Positions 19,864-30,994 of a stretch of DNA of 64,000 nt are shown here, in pieces (within the stretch, counting starts at the first letter, position 1; each line of letters opens with the position of its first letter). The notes under the pieces are model-generated. The model saw only the letters and a list, made by a program, of their open reading frames with translations. It was not told the origin of the DNA and ran no database searches. A program made the position numbers and the translations under genes. This DNA comes from an uncultured delta proteobacterium. GTDB taxonomy: Bacteria > Desulfobacterota > Binatia > Bin18. The DNA lies in assembly GCA_963733195.1 (NCBI GenBank), contig CAVTCR010000078.1, positions 8,393 to 72,392 of the forward strand, read 5' to 3'.

Positions 19864-20328
19864 TCAAATGTGATACATAGAAGCCGATGCCGCTCTGCGC
19901 TGGCTCTGCGCTGCGCGACGGCTCATATCGACCAAAGAAACTTGTTCAAGCACAGCAGTCACACCGCTATCGACCTCTGCCATAACTCCACGTAACCAGC
20001 AACTCTCCAACGATACACAGTCTGGACATTTCGTTGGAGCTACAGGGCTCAAGCAAGGAAGTGCCGTAAGCGGTCCATCCACTGCACGAATGACATCCCC
20101 CAGGGAAACATCCGCCGGAGCCATGCTCAGACTATATCCGCCGGTTTTTCCACGGCTGCTCTGCAGAATCCCAGCTTTCTTGAGCGCCAAGAGGACTTGC
20201 TCAAGAAATTTCTTGGGAATGCGCTCCCTCTGGGCAAGTTCTTGAATCGACATCATCGCCGGTGCCCCTGGAGATCCTAATCTCGTGAGAGCGCGGAGTG
20301 CGTATTCGCATTTCTTTGAGAGTTTCAT
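19864..20328 (-). CDS. Rrf2 family transcriptional regulator (CymR/IscR-like)
   Basis: [28 protein letters not shown]...S.RG.TGGY.L, C-terminal Cys cluster. Confidence 0.92.
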   Translation of the reverse strand: MKLSKKCEYALRALTRLGSPGAPAMMSIQELAQRERIPKKFLEQVLLALKKAGILQSSRGKTGGYSLSMAPADVSLGDVIRAVDGPLTALPCLSPVAPTKCPDCVSLESCWLRGVMAEVDSGVTAVLEQVSLVDMSRRAAQSQRRAASASMYHI

Positions 20329-21088
20329 GTTGTGCCGTGAGCTCGGGGAACCACTGGAGGTGTTCTCGCAACGCGACTACCTCTCCTATAACCGTTACGA
20401 CCGGCGGTTCAAGGCCAGCCGCAGTCGCCTTGGCAATAATATCAGCCAGGGTTCCAGTCACTGTCTGTTGCTCGCTAGTTGTTCCCCAACGAATGAGTGC
20501 AGCCGGTGTCTCTGGCGAACGTCCATGAGCAAGGAGCTGACCGACAATCTTGGCTAACCCTTTCACGCCCATCAGGACCACTAAGGTATCAACAGCAGTC
20601 GCAAGCGCGGCCCAGTCTCTCGTTGAAACGTCTTTGCCGCCTTCTTCATGCCCGGTCACTACCGCAAAAGAGGACGCAACTTTTCTGTGGGTCACTGGAA
20701 TGCCAGCATAGGCGGGAACCGCAAGCGCAGAACTGACACCTGGAACAATTTCGAAGGGAATACCTGCATCAACAAGCGCTTTGGCTTCCTCACCGCCACG
20801 ACCAAAGACAAAGGGATCTCCACCTTTCAGGCGTACTACTCGACGACCTTGACGAGCGTATGTCACCAGCAGCTCATTGATTTGCTCCTGCGGCACATAG
20901 TGCAGCCCAGTTTCTTTCCCGACGTAGATCCGAATTGCTTCGGGTGGGGCTTCTTGGACGATCTCGGGGTGAACAAGACGGTCGTAGATAACTACTTCAG
21001 CCTGTTGGACAAGTTTCAACCCTCGCACAGTGATGAGTCCTGGATCGCCTGGTCCTGCACCAATCAAATAGACGGTTGGGAATGTCAT
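20201..21088 (-). CDS. cobA: Uroporphyrinogen-III C-methyltransferase (SUMT); true stop probably near 20325
   Basis: [40 protein letters not shown]; long overlap with rrf2 suggests a terminal indel. Confidence 0.92.
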   Translation of the reverse strand: MTFPTVYLIGAGPGDPGLITVRGLKLVQQAEVVIYDRLVHPEIVQEAPPEAIRIYVGKETGLHYVPQEQINELLVTYARQGRRVVRLKGGDPFVFGRGGEEAKALVDAGIPFEIVPGVSSALAVPAYAGIPVTHRKVASSFAVVTGHEEGGKDVSTRDWAALATAVDTLVVLMGVKGLAKIVGQLLAHGRSPETPAALIRWGTTSEQQTVTGTLADIIAKATAAGLEPPVVTVIGEVVALREHLQWFPELTAQHETLKEMRIRTPRSHEIRISRGTGDDVDSRTCPEGAHSQEIS

Positions 21089-21717
21089 TGTTCCTCCCGT
21101 AGTTTCTCTAACAGCCAGTTTGTCGCATCTTCACGAAATCCGGCACGAATGAGGTCGCGAAAATCTTCGTTCCTGAGCGCCTGTACCCAACGGGCTCCTG
21201 GCACTGTCCGCTTGTCAGTACGAAGTTTTAATCGCACTTCAGCAGCGACTGTGGCGAGGAGGCTGTAATCAGCAGTGAAATATTCCTGTAGCTCCTCACG
21301 AATGGCACGAGTTAGCGCCGGGCTCGTCCCACCAGTCGCGATAGCAACACTTAACGCTCCGCGCTGGACGACGGCAGGAAGAATGAAATCACAGTACGCG
21401 GGATCATCCGCAGCATTCACCCAGATGGCCCGCGCGTGCCCTTCACGCGCAATAGCGGCATTCGTCGTGCCATCATCGGTGGCAGCAAACACCAAATGAT
21501 AGCCGAGCATGTCTCCTTCTTGATAGGAGCGGGCAATATGCTGAATAGCTCCATGCTGGCTCCAGTCAGCAAGCAGTGCCGTCAATTGCGGACTCACAAC
21601 CGTAACCGTGGCCTCCGCCGCAAGTAATCCATGCACCTTGCGCTCGGCGACGATACCTCCACCGATGACCAAACAGCGCCGCTCACGCAATTCTAAAAAA
21701 ATCGGATAGTAACCCAT
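21085..21717 (-). CDS. sirC: Precorrin-2 dehydrogenase/sirohydrochlorin ferrochelatase (CysG N-terminal/SirC-like)
   Basis: YYPIFL...LVIGGG.VAERK, VNAADDP..CDF..PA, T.G.SP.L. Confidence 0.9.
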   Translation of the reverse strand: MGYYPIFLELRERRCLVIGGGIVAERKVHGLLAAEATVTVVSPQLTALLADWSQHGAIQHIARSYQEGDMLGYHLVFAATDDGTTNAAIAREGHARAIWVNAADDPAYCDFILPAVVQRGALSVAIATGGTSPALTRAIREELQEYFTADYSLLATVAAEVRLKLRTDKRTVPGARWVQALRNEDFRDLIRAGFREDATNWLLEKLREEQ

Positions 21718-21799
21718 AACAAGGAAAACCTACGATGCATCTTTACTTTAGGCTCTTGACTCTGCCGGCGTGAAAAGGATATTAACTCAGTAAATCTTT

Positions 21800-21823
21800 A
21801 ATGTCTATAGACTTAGTAGTTTT
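21800..21823. promoter_or_regulatory. Candidate Rrf2 (CymR-type) operator in divergent promoter
   Basis: AATGTCTATAGACTTAGTAGTTTT imperfect palindrome (CTAT-N6-GTAG, AT-rich flanks) between sirC and sir. Confidence 0.45.
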
Positions 21824-21841
21824 AAAGAAAAAGGATTTTCT

Positions 21842-23588
21842 ATGGCGAACGTCGAGCATCTCAAAGCCAATAGCAAAGCGCTCCGCGGACCGTTGGCTGA
21901 GGAACTGACGCACCAGCGTCCGGGGTTTTCCGCAGGCGGAGCCGGGATTCTCAAGTTTCACGGCATGTATCAACAAGAGAACCGTGATGCCCGACAAGAC
22001 CCGTAAACAAGAGGCGCAAGGCAAATCTCACTCTTTCATGATCCGCACGAGAATCCCTGGCGGGCGTGTCACCCCGCAGCAGTATCTTGCCCATGATGAG
22101 ATCGCTACACAGTTTGGCGACGGGAGTCTACGCCTCACCACCCGCCAAGATTTCCAACTGCACGGCATCCTGAAAACCGATCTGCGAACAACACTGCAAT
22201 CTATTGCTTCGACACTGCTCACGACGTTTGCTGCCTGCGGCGACGTCGTGCGTAACGTTGTGTGTTGCCCATACCCAGTCGCTGATAGCCTCGAACGCGA
22301 GATCTGGCAACAGGTCACAGCTCTCGCGCGTCACCTCGAACCAAAGACACAAGCTTACAGTGAAATCTGGCTCGATGGAGAAAAAGCGGCAGACGTCGGT
22401 CTTCCAGAGGAAGAGCCGTTGTACGGTGACACGTACCTCCCGCGCAAATTCAAGATTGGGGTTTCTCTGCCATGGGACAATTGCGTTGATATACTCGTTC
22501 AAGACCTCGGGTTTGTCGCCGTGACCAACGGTAAACGCATCATTGGTTATAACGTGTATGTCGGTGGCGGGCTCGGCATGACTCACAACAAGCCGGCAAC
22601 GTTCGCTGCGCTTGGACAGCCGCTGGCCTGGGTAACCAGTGCTCAAGTGTTGCCGGTCGCAACCGCTATCGTCGCTATTTTCCGCGACTGGGGCGATCGA
22701 GAGAACCGCAAGCATGCGCGGATCAAATACCTTGTCGCTGAGCGTGGAATTGAGTGGTTCCGACAAGAGCTCAGCAGCCGTCTCGGCTACACTTTGGTCC
22801 ACCCACATCCGCTCACGATCAGCGATGCCCATAGCCATTTAGGTTGGCAGGCGCAGGAGAATGGGTTGTGGTCCCTCGGAGTGTACGTTGAGAGCGGACG
22901 TATCACCGATACGAATACACATCGGACTCGCAGTGCGTTCCGTCGTATTGTCGAACGCGTGCAACCAGGTATTCGGCTGACCGCAGACCAAAATATCTTG
23001 TTCACCGATATACTCGAATCTCAGCGCAGTGAAATTGATGCGATTCTTCAGAGCCACGGAGTGACAGCGATCGAAAATATTTCTCCGCTTCGCCATCGTG
23101 CGTTAGCCTGCCCGGCGCTGCCGACCTGTGGCCTTGCGTTGTCGGAAGCTGAGCGGTTCATGCCGTCGCTGCTACCGCAGCTTGAGCGTGCTTTCACAGC
23201 GTTAGGTTTAGAAAATGAAGCCCCGGTTGTCCGTGTCACAGGTTGTCCGAACGGGTGCGCTCGTCCCTACACTGCGGAGATCGGCATTGTTGGTCGCTCC
23301 GGTGATAACTACGTGCTCTATCTCGGTGGGAGCCATCTTGGTACGCGTTTAGGATTCGCCGTTGCCGACTTAGTCCCCAGCAAAGAGATTATCCCGACTC
23401 TCTATCCGGCGTTGATCGCCTTCCGTAGCGAACGGCAGCATGGCGAACATTTCGGAGATTTTTGCCATCGTCTTGGCCTTGAGCGCATGCGTCAGCTCGT
23501 GAACCCGCAAGCGACGACTGACAACACCCCAAGGGTAAACACCATTCACGCGGAAGAGCCACATTTCCAGGAAGCGACGCTGGCCTAG
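21842..23588 (+). CDS. sir: Assimilatory sulfite reductase hemoprotein (Sir/CysI), frameshift near 21995
   Basis: MANVEHLK..S..LRG...LKFHGMYQQ N-terminus from ATG 21842; RLTTRQ.FQLHG, YLPRKFKI, CPALPTC and GCPNGC siroheme/4Fe-4S ligands. Confidence 0.92.
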
Positions 23589-23619
23589 TGCCATTCCACC
23601 CACGTAGAGGAAAGCTCTC

Positions 23620-24414
23620 ATGACCGACCGTATCAGATTGCACGAACAAGAAGTGACGACACTGGCACTAGCGTATGAAGCACAGAGCCCACAGGACGTA
23701 CTGCAATGGGCACTAAAGCGGTTCGGTTCACAGATTGCACTGTGTACGAGTTTTCAGGCCGACGGGATGGCGATTCTCGACATGGCCTGGCGGATTGATC
23801 CTAAAGTGCGTGTATTCACTATCGATACTGGACGGTTACCGCAAGAAACCTATGCACTGCTTGATCAAGTACGCGAGAAGTACAACATTGAGGTTGAAGT
23901 CTATTTTCCTGATGCCACCCAGGTCGAAAGTATTGTTCGGCGGCATGGAACGAATCTTTTTTATCATTCTGTACAGTCGCGCCTCCTCTGCTGTGAGGCT
24001 CGTAAGGTTCTGCCCTTGCGCCGGGTTCTCGCCTCGCTCGATGCATGGGTCACTGGCCTGCGTCGTGACCAGTCTTCCACACGGGCAACCGTTGGGAAAA
24101 TCGAACTCGATAACGACCACGGCGGACTCGTCAAAGTGAACCCCTTGGCAAGCTGGACCGAGGCAGATGTGTGGAATTATATCCGAGCGAATAACGTGCC
24201 GTATCATCCGTTTTACGATCAGGGATACACCAGCATCGGCTGTGTACCTTGCACACGCCCGACATCTACTGGTGAAGATTCACGTGCAGGCCGCTGGTGG
24301 TGGGAAACTGGCGTTGCTAAGGAGTGCGGGATGCACTGCTCAATTGAGAGTGGCAGGTTTGAGCGTGAAGGGTTGCTCTCTATAAAAAACGAGGGCCGCT
24401 CGCAAGTCGAATAG
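23620..24414 (+). CDS. cysH: Adenosine-5'-phosphosulfate/PAPS reductase (4Fe-4S APS-reductase type)
   Basis: DTGRL, CC..RK, TGLRRDQ, SIGC.PCT, RAGRW, ECGMH. Confidence 0.93.
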   Translation: MTDRIRLHEQEVTTLALAYEAQSPQDVLQWALKRFGSQIALCTSFQADGMAILDMAWRIDPKVRVFTIDTGRLPQETYALLDQVREKYNIEVEVYFPDATQVESIVRRHGTNLFYHSVQSRLLCCEARKVLPLRRVLASLDAWVTGLRRDQSSTRATVGKIELDNDHGGLVKVNPLASWTEADVWNYIRANNVPYHPFYDQGYTSIGCVPCTRPTSTGEDSRAGRWWWETGVAKECGMHCSIESGRFEREGLLSIKNEGRSQVE

Positions 24415-24441
24415 CCCCTGCCATGACATTGAGCATGCTCA

Positions 24442-25419
24442 ATGTCACACGGAGCTTACATGGAAATGCTCTTCTCGGACCCAGCAGTCATCACGCTTAT
24501 CCTGATCACCTTCTTTGCCGCAACCGTCAATGGTGCCCTAGGGTACGGATTTTCCTCGCTCACGGTTCCAGTTGCTTTACTTTTTTATACAAACCGAGTT
24601 CTCAACCCGGCGTTGGTACTCCTGGAAGTCATCATTAACAGCTATGTGCTGGTGATGAACCGACGGAGCCTTCCGCAAGTGTGGCGGCGGGTTCTTCCTA
24701 TGTTAGTTGGTCTCCTTCCTGGAGTGCTAGTGGGAAGTTACGCTCTAGCAGCAGTGCACCCAGGCTGGATCAAGTTTCTCACGTATGCAGTTATTCTCCC
24801 CTTCATCCTCATTCAAGCCGCCGGATTTCGCAGATATATAAAGGCAGAACGCGCAGTGAGTGTTCCCTTTGGGGCTGGTATTGGCATACTCTATTCGATC
24901 ACCACCATCTCTGGCCCTCCCCTGGCGCTCCTGTTCAATAATCAAGGTTACGTCAAAGAAGAGTTCCGCGCCGGGTTAGCGCTCATCAGAATTGCCGAAT
25001 CATCCCTCACCGCGGTCGCCTACTACTTCTTGGGCCTTTATTCTTCCACCACTCCTCAGCTTATGCTGATGATTGTTCCCAGTGTCATCCTTGGCGTTCC
25101 GCTGGGAATTGCACTTCTTCGACGAGTCGCAGCAGAAACCTTTCGTCGCGTATGCATGAGTTTTGATGCCTGGGTTGTTGGGTTTGGGCTCTCACGCACC
25201 CTTATCGAGCTAGGTATCCTTGCGAGTCCGCAGGCCTACAGCGTGCTAGTAGCAACCTTTGTGATCGATGGGGTACTGCTTGCTCGCTATTTTGGCAAAG
25301 CCGGGAAAAAACTCTCTCCTGACCTTGCTCAGTTGAGCTCCTCGCCCACGGCATATTCTCCTTACCCAAGAAGCACAACCAACCCGCTCCCCAGGACAGA
25401 CGTTTCTCTCTCTTCCTGA
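24442..25419 (+). CDS. Sulfite exporter TauE/SafE family membrane protein
   Basis: NGALGYGF and ISGPPL repeats, multiple TMs, location in cys operon. Confidence 0.82.
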   Translation: MSHGAYMEMLFSDPAVITLILITFFAATVNGALGYGFSSLTVPVALLFYTNRVLNPALVLLEVIINSYVLVMNRRSLPQVWRRVLPMLVGLLPGVLVGSYALAAVHPGWIKFLTYAVILPFILIQAAGFRRYIKAERAVSVPFGAGIGILYSITTISGPPLALLFNNQGYVKEEFRAGLALIRIAESSLTAVAYYFLGLYSSTTPQLMLMIVPSVILGVPLGIALLRRVAAETFRRVCMSFDAWVVGFGLSRTLIELGILASPQAYSVLVATFVIDGVLLARYFGKAGKKLSPDLAQLSSSPTAYSPYPRSTTNPLPRTDVSLSS

Positions 25420-25455
25420 TACACTAGGACTCCATCTTTTATACAGAGGAGTCCT

Positions 25456-26385
25456 ATGGCCAGGCTATTCAAAGATATCACTGAGACCATCGGTCGTACT
25501 CCGCTCGTTCGCCTCAATCGCATCACGCACGGTCTCTTCGCAGAGATTTACGCCAAGCTCGAATTCTTCAATCCGCTGGGGAGTATCAAAGACCGCATTG
25601 GTCACAATATGATTCTTGCCGCCGAAAGAGCTGGCAAGCTAACCTCCAATAGCGTCATCATCGAACCAACCAGCGGAAACACCGGAATCGCCCTTGCTTT
25701 TGTTGCCGCAGCGCGTGGCTATCGTCTAATCCTGACGATGCCAGAATCGATGAGTATGGAGCGGCGCAATCTGCTCCGCTTACTCGGCGCGGAACTAGTC
25801 CTCACTCCCGCGCAGGAAGGGATGCAAGGGGCAATTCGCAAAGCCACCGAACTGGCGAAGAAGACGCGTCAGGCGTTTATCCCGCAGCAGTTCGAAAATC
25901 CGGCTAATCCTGACGTGCATCGTCATACAACCGCGCAAGAGATCTGGGAGGATACCGATGGGGCAGTAGATATTTTCATCAGCGGCGTGGGAACCGGGGG
26001 AACCATTACCGGAGTCGCAGAAGTCATTAAGAAAAAGAAGCCAAGTTTTCAGGCGATCGCTGTTGAACCGGCACGATCTGCCGTTCTTTCAGGGAATCCA
26101 CCAGGGCCGCATGCGATTCAGGGAATCGGGGCAGGGTTTGTTCCTAAAGTGCTGAACACCAAAATCATTGACGAAATCATCCAAGTGCAAGACAGTGATG
26201 CACTGGCAACCGCACGGCAAATTGCCCGGCTGGAAGGAATCCCGGCTGGAATCAGTAGTGGCGCGACAGTATGGGCAGCCCTGCAAGTCGCGGCACGAAA
26301 CGAGAACAAAGAAAAGATGATTGTCGTGATTCTCGCCAGCTCGGCTGAACGGTACCTCAGCACGGCGTTGGTTGAGGATCTCTAA
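25456..26385 (+). CDS. cysK: Cysteine synthase A
   Basis: [43 protein letters not shown]. Confidence 0.96.
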   Translation: MARLFKDITETIGRTPLVRLNRITHGLFAEIYAKLEFFNPLGSIKDRIGHNMILAAERAGKLTSNSVIIEPTSGNTGIALAFVAAARGYRLILTMPESMSMERRNLLRLLGAELVLTPAQEGMQGAIRKATELAKKTRQAFIPQQFENPANPDVHRHTTAQEIWEDTDGAVDIFISGVGTGGTITGVAEVIKKKKPSFQAIAVEPARSAVLSGNPPGPHAIQGIGAGFVPKVLNTKIIDEIIQVQDSDALATARQIARLEGIPAGISSGATVWAALQVAARNENKEKMIVVILASSAERYLSTALVEDL

Positions 26386-26399
26386 AAGGGCCACTCAAG

Positions 26400-26640
26400 G
26401 TAGGGTGGGCAAAAGCGGAGCGTTGCCCACCGACTCAACAGTTTCGGCACTGTTGGGCTTCGCTTGACTCAGCCCAACCTACTCGCTGTTGTCCCAGGCA
26501 GTGCCTGGGACGGAGCAGGTTTTGTTTCTGAGCAGCCCTTCGACAGGCTCACCTGTCGGACTGCGAGGCAGGATAGACTCCGCGAAACAATCTTTGCCAG
26601 AAAAAGAGATTGCTTCGTCGCCTGGGCACCTCGCAATGAC
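26400..26640. repeat. Cluster of REP-like palindromes (inverted GTAG pair plus CCTTCGAC-type and GATTGCTTCG...CTCGCAATGAC-type elements)
   Basis: GTAGGGTGGGCAA...TTGCCCACC 26400-26431; GTTGGGCT...AGCCCAACCTAC 26452-26482; GATTGCTTCGTCGC...CTCGCAATGAC ending 26640. Confidence 0.75.
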
Positions 26641-26684
26641 ACCTTCCCTCCGCCTTTCAGACGGCCGCTAAAGGCTGGAGCGCC

Positions 26685-27236
26685 CTACCCCGCGCTCGCG
26701 GCACTCTGCAGCGCATCCATCAACTTGCGCAGCTCCCACGAGATGATCGAGCCCACTAAAACTATTTGTGATGATTTATTAACCTGCGCATAAAGGCTAG
26801 TGTTGACGGGATTATGTTTCCCGACCGTCAAATTTTGTGACCCTTCCCCTTCCACATTTAGTGTAATCTGCGTCACTGGCGGTTCGAGGCCGTAGTCAGA
26901 AAGTTTTTCATCTCGTCCTTTTTCGACTTCTCCCAAATTGACGAGTTTTGTCAGATTGACGAGGAAATCATCGATCACAGACGACGGTAGCACCGCTCCG
27001 TCAGGGGACTTCCATCCCTCCGCCGTACGCTGGCCAATGACGTGCCTCCCATCATAGATCACCTCAAACTGTCCGATTTTCTCGGCATTAAATGCAAAAA
27101 TCGGACGTTCACTGGTTTCTTCGACGGTAACGGTCAGCGTCTTCTTTGTCGGCGTGGTGACATAGGTGTATCCACCCAACACACAAGCAATCAGGCCAAG
27201 CATAAGGATGCGACGGTTTTCTCCCGCAAGATTCAT
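26685..27236 (-). CDS. DUF4340-like periplasmic protein
   Basis: N-terminal TM anchor, LSDYGLEPP and L.VG..NP....YA motifs; follows GldG-like gene. Confidence 0.7.
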   Translation of the reverse strand: MNLAGENRRILMLGLIACVLGGYTYVTTPTKKTLTVTVEETSERPIFAFNAEKIGQFEVIYDGRHVIGQRTAEGWKSPDGAVLPSSVIDDFLVNLTKLVNLGEVEKGRDEKLSDYGLEPPVTQITLNVEGEGSQNLTVGKHNPVNTSLYAQVNKSSQIVLVGSIISWELRKLMDALQSAASAG

Positions 27237-28639
27237 CCGTTCCGTCTCCGTCGTAAAAAGATGATCATCCCTACGCCAAAAACTAACAAAGGTTCAAGGA
27301 CAACCATCAACCAGAAGAATCGACGCGACTGGGATGCAGTGAGATAGAGTGTTTGTTGTGGAGTCGTGTTGCGTTTCGCCTCTGACACTCTGGCCATGCG
27401 TCCCAATGCGACCAACTCTTGCCGGCCTAATATCCACCCAACGGTGTTCATGAAAAAATCGACGTTACCAGGTACCCGCGCATAAAAGTTATCGACAAAA
27501 CCAGAGTCTCCCAACACGACAATTTTTCCTTGTTTCTCTTTACCCGTCGTAGCAACAGCAGCAACAGGAAGCGGGCCACGTTGGTCTTCTCCCTCTTTGA
27601 AGTTTATGTCTCCTTGCTCCGCACGCGTACGATTACGTAACGCCCAGCTCGCCTCACTGGAGAACGCGAACGCTTGAGCTTTGCCGTCTTGTACGCCGAC
27701 TGATCGCACTACAGGTAATACCGGTTCACCGCGCGGTTCGCGCGGAAATACCTCACGAGAGAAGTTTCCGATCACTGGGGTAAATGGGTCACCACCTGCG
27801 ACTTGGACTTGCGTATCAACCACAACATCTTCGACCAAGACAAAACCGAACTGGGCTAAATACTGCACCAAGCCTGGAACCGTGTAAGGATCAAGCAAGA
27901 ACAGACCGTTTCCACCCGCGGCAAAATACGCGGACAGGGCATCCAACTCTTCAGCCGAGAGGTCCTCTTTTGGTCCACTGACAATAACCAAATGCGCTCC
28001 TTGCGGTACAGCTCCCATTTGTCGTAATGGCAACGGACGCACACGGTAATTCTCGGTTTCCAGCACCTTGCGCGGCACACCGTAGCCATTCCGTTCTTCA
28101 GTATCTGCCGCGTCATTCTCTCCATGTCCAACAAGGAAGTAGACCGTCTTCCCCTCTTGTGTCACTCGGAGTGCAGCGTTGAGCATCCGCTCTTCGTCGG
28201 TCACCGGGATCGAAACCCGATTGGTCGCCGTTTCCACGACCGTTGTTCCGTATGCAGACACCCCGTAGCGTTGGGCGATCCCCGGTGCACGGTCTAGGTC
28301 GAACAACTGATAAGTAAAATTTGGACTTTCTTGTGAGAGAAGGCGTAACAACTCTTCATGTTTCTCGCGATCACCACGACGGTAGAAGACCGTTGCCTGT
28401 ATAGGCTGTGAGAGTGCGCGAAACGTCTGTGTCGTTACCTCGGAAAGACTATATTTTTGTCCCGGAGAAAGATCATAGCGAAGGTTCGTGCGACTCCAGA
28501 GCGCATCAAGCGAGACGATGATCACGAGCAAGAACAATACTTCCAGCCCCAGTAGGAGAAATCGCCTGGTTGATTCTCGAGTCAATACGCTTTGGGTTTC
28601 CGTCTCTGCGGACGGAGCGGTTATCGTGTCCCGCGCCAT
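27233..28639 (-). CDS. GldG-like ABC transporter auxiliary component
   Basis: RYDLS...YSLS..T, VYFLVGHGE, L..YF.AGG, VVLGDSGF..N, C-terminal TM. Confidence 0.82.
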   Translation of the reverse strand: MARDTITAPSAETETQSVLTRESTRRFLLLGLEVLFLLVIIVSLDALWSRTNLRYDLSPGQKYSLSEVTTQTFRALSQPIQATVFYRRGDREKHEELLRLLSQESPNFTYQLFDLDRAPGIAQRYGVSAYGTTVVETATNRVSIPVTDEERMLNAALRVTQEGKTVYFLVGHGENDAADTEERNGYGVPRKVLETENYRVRPLPLRQMGAVPQGAHLVIVSGPKEDLSAEELDALSAYFAAGGNGLFLLDPYTVPGLVQYLAQFGFVLVEDVVVDTQVQVAGGDPFTPVIGNFSREVFPREPRGEPVLPVVRSVGVQDGKAQAFAFSSEASWALRNRTRAEQGDINFKEGEDQRGPLPVAAVATTGKEKQGKIVVLGDSGFVDNFYARVPGNVDFFMNTVGWILGRQELVALGRMARVSEAKRNTTPQQTLYLTASQSRRFFWLMVVLEPLLVFGVGMIIFLRRRRNG

Positions 28640-29367
28640 TTGCGTGACTCCAATGATTGCAGGGTCAGATAGAGGAAAAATACCGTGATCGCCACGAAGA
28701 ACAGAATATCTTTGCTATTGATCACTCCCTTGGCAAAATCCTGAAACCGGTCAAACAACGAGAAGCTGCTAATCACACTGAGTGCTTGCTGTCCAACGGC
28801 TTCTTCGTTCCAGGTAAGAAACCAGAACAAGACAAGCACCCCATAGGTAGACATAGCCGAGACGACTTGGTTCTCGGTGAGTGAGGAAATGAACGTGCCA
28901 CAAGCAATGAACGCCGCACCGAGGAGGATGGTTCCTAAATACCCCGCGAGCGGCGGCCCCCAATCAAACTGATGAACAGTGGATAGCAACAGCGGATACA
29001 CAAGCGTACAGGCAACCATCGCGACAAACACGACAAAACAGGCAAGAAACTTTCCGAGAATAATATGCGGATCTTTCAATGGATAGGTCCACAAGAGTTC
29101 GATCGTGCCGAGTTTCTTTTCCTCGGCGAACAAGCGCATGGTCAAAAGCGGCAAAATCAACATAATGACAAAGCGCATATCTTGCTGAAAAAAGTAGAAC
29201 CAGAGTGACGAGGTAATATCCATGAAATCGCCGAACAGATCATAGAAAATCATGTCGGTGTAGAAAAAGTATCCAGTCAGCACGAGGAACGCCGTCGCCA
29301 GGGAGTAGGCGATGAACGACCCGAAATAGAGCCGCAGTTCTTTCTTAAAAACGCAGAGGAATTTCAT
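28621..29367 (-). CDS. ABC-2 type permease (GldF-like)
   Basis: KKELRLYF.S..AY, TMRLFAEEKK.GTIELL.T.P, S.LTENQVV. Confidence 0.88.
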   Translation of the reverse strand: MKFLCVFKKELRLYFGSFIAYSLATAFLVLTGYFFYTDMIFYDLFGDFMDITSSLWFYFFQQDMRFVIMLILPLLTMRLFAEEKKLGTIELLWTYPLKDPHIILGKFLACFVVFVAMVACTLVYPLLLSTVHQFDWGPPLAGYLGTILLGAAFIACGTFISSLTENQVVSAMSTYGVLVLFWFLTWNEEAVGQQALSVISSFSLFDRFQDFAKGVINSKDILFFVAITVFFLYLTLQSLESRKWRGTR

Positions 29368-29373
29368 AAGGCA

Positions 29374-29403
29374 AGTAGTCAGTAGTCAGCATTCAGTAGT
29401 CAG
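29374..29403. repeat. 7-mer tandem repeat (AGTAGTC family)
   Basis: Contains the 23-mer AGTAGTCAGCATTCAGTAGTCAG also found at 3957-3979 and, inverted, at 32639-32661. Confidence 0.75.
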
Positions 29404-29463
29404 AAGGAAAAACGATGACTAGTAATGCTGCAGACTGATGACCCGGCGTTTCTTTGTCCAGCC

Positions 29464-30465
29464 CTAACATTTATGCTCATCCACATTGACCCACTGACCT
29501 AATTGGTCATTGATGCTTTTTTCCGCATCGCGGACAAGCTGCAAATACATGTCTTCGAGTGTCGGCTCGACCGAGCGCACTTCTAGTAATCCCCATCCTT
29601 GCTCGAGAATCATCCGACTGATCTTTTTCCGAATATCATCTCCAGCGTGCTCAACAATAAAGGCGGAAGTTCCATTCGTTGTGCCGCGGACTTCGGACTC
29701 CAGACCGCGGACTTTTTCGACTTCTGGCACCTTCTCAAGCGCTTCTCGGATAGCCGTTGTCGGTCCCTCGACTTCTACTCGTACCCGACGCGTGCGCTGT
29801 ACTTGGGCACGAAGTTCGGCAAGAGACTGCGACGCGAGGATACGTCCACCGTTAATAATGATCACACGGTCACACACTGTGCTCACTTCAGAGAGGATAT
29901 GGGTAGAGAGAATTACCGTGCGTTCAGAGCCGAGGTCGCGAATCAATTTACGGATCTCAACCACCTGTTGCGGGTCAAGTCCGATGGTGGGTTCATCAAG
30001 AATCAATACTTGTGGCTTATGAATCAACGCCTGGGCAATACCCACGCGCTGACGATAGCCTTTCGATAAATGACCGATGATGCGGTCACTGACTTTCTCG
30101 AGGCCACAGGATTCGAGGACTCTAGCGATTTCGCGTTTGCGTTCAGAACGGGGAACATCTTTGGCCTCGGCAACAAAGTCAAGAAAACTGCGGACCGGGA
30201 AGTCGGGATAGACCGAGACTCGTTCGGGAAAATACCCAACCAGTTGCTTCACTTGCAGTGCGTGCGTCACGACATCGTTTCCGCCGACACTCGCGTGCCC
30301 AGATGTCGGCGGGAAGAACCCTGCTAGAATGCGCATGGTTGTGCTTTTTCCGGCTCCATTGGGACCGAGAAAGCCAACGACTTCTCCACGTGGCACAGAG
30401 AAAGAAATGTGGTCAACTGCGAGGATGGGACCGAAACGTTTTGTAACGTTCTCGACTTCGATCAT
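29464..30465 (-). CDS. ABC transporter ATP-binding protein (GldA-like)
   Basis: GPNGAGKST, LSKGYRQR, ILDEPTIGLDP, STH. Confidence 0.93.
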   Translation of the reverse strand: MIEVENVTKRFGPILAVDHISFSVPRGEVVGFLGPNGAGKSTTMRILAGFFPPTSGHASVGGNDVVTHALQVKQLVGYFPERVSVYPDFPVRSFLDFVAEAKDVPRSERKREIARVLESCGLEKVSDRIIGHLSKGYRQRVGIAQALIHKPQVLILDEPTIGLDPQQVVEIRKLIRDLGSERTVILSTHILSEVSTVCDRVIIINGGRILASQSLAELRAQVQRTRRVRVEVEGPTTAIREALEKVPEVEKVRGLESEVRGTTNGTSAFIVEHAGDDIRKKISRMILEQGWGLLEVRSVEPTLEDMYLQLVRDAEKSINDQLGQWVNVDEHKC

Positions 30466-30509
30466 GTATACTCTTTCACAACTCTAGGTGCGGGGGGATT
30501 ATTCCGCGA

Positions 30510-30929
30510 CTATTTCAACTTCAACAACGGCAAGAAGGGAGACTCTGGTCGAGGTATGAGTTTTTGCTGAGAACAATCTACCAGCAAGTCTAATGTTTCC
30601 AGTATCACCTGCCCGAGCAATGGTTCACTATTCGGCGGCCCAACCACACAATTCACACTGGTGAGGCGATTGCCAACTTTTACTGTGACAATCCCAGCAA
30701 TTGGGCGTTCCTCTTTGCGTTCATCGGCATAGGTCACGATAGCCTTGCCAACTTCGTTGAGACCGAGGGCCTCCACTAAATCCTGAGGGAGAACCAACAT
30801 AACTGCACCACTATCGACCAGGATCGGAACCTTTGCCGAACGGATCTGTCCCTCCTGAAGGTATCCACGACGCGCTACCTCTCGATCGCCAGCATTCTCC
30901 AATTCGACTTCAACTTTTACTTCTCCCAT
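30510..30929 (-). CDS. Clan AA (retropepsin-like) aspartic protease
   Basis: LVDSGA catalytic motif, YAD, EPLLG..LE.LDL.VD. Confidence 0.85.
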   Translation of the reverse strand: MGEVKVEVELENAGDREVARRGYLQEGQIRSAKVPILVDSGAVMLVLPQDLVEALGLNEVGKAIVTYADERKEERPIAGIVTVKVGNRLTSVNCVVGPPNSEPLLGQVILETLDLLVDCSQQKLIPRPESPFLPLLKLK

Positions 30930-30994
30930 GCTGCTACCTTCAGCTTGTTCCGTACAAAAAGCAAGGGTGACGCATGCGTCGCTCTCAGGGAAAG

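Noticed and set aside
20201-20328. Long same-strand overlap of cobA and rrf2
   Set aside because: An ATGA at the rrf2 start suggests ordinary translational coupling masked by an indel.
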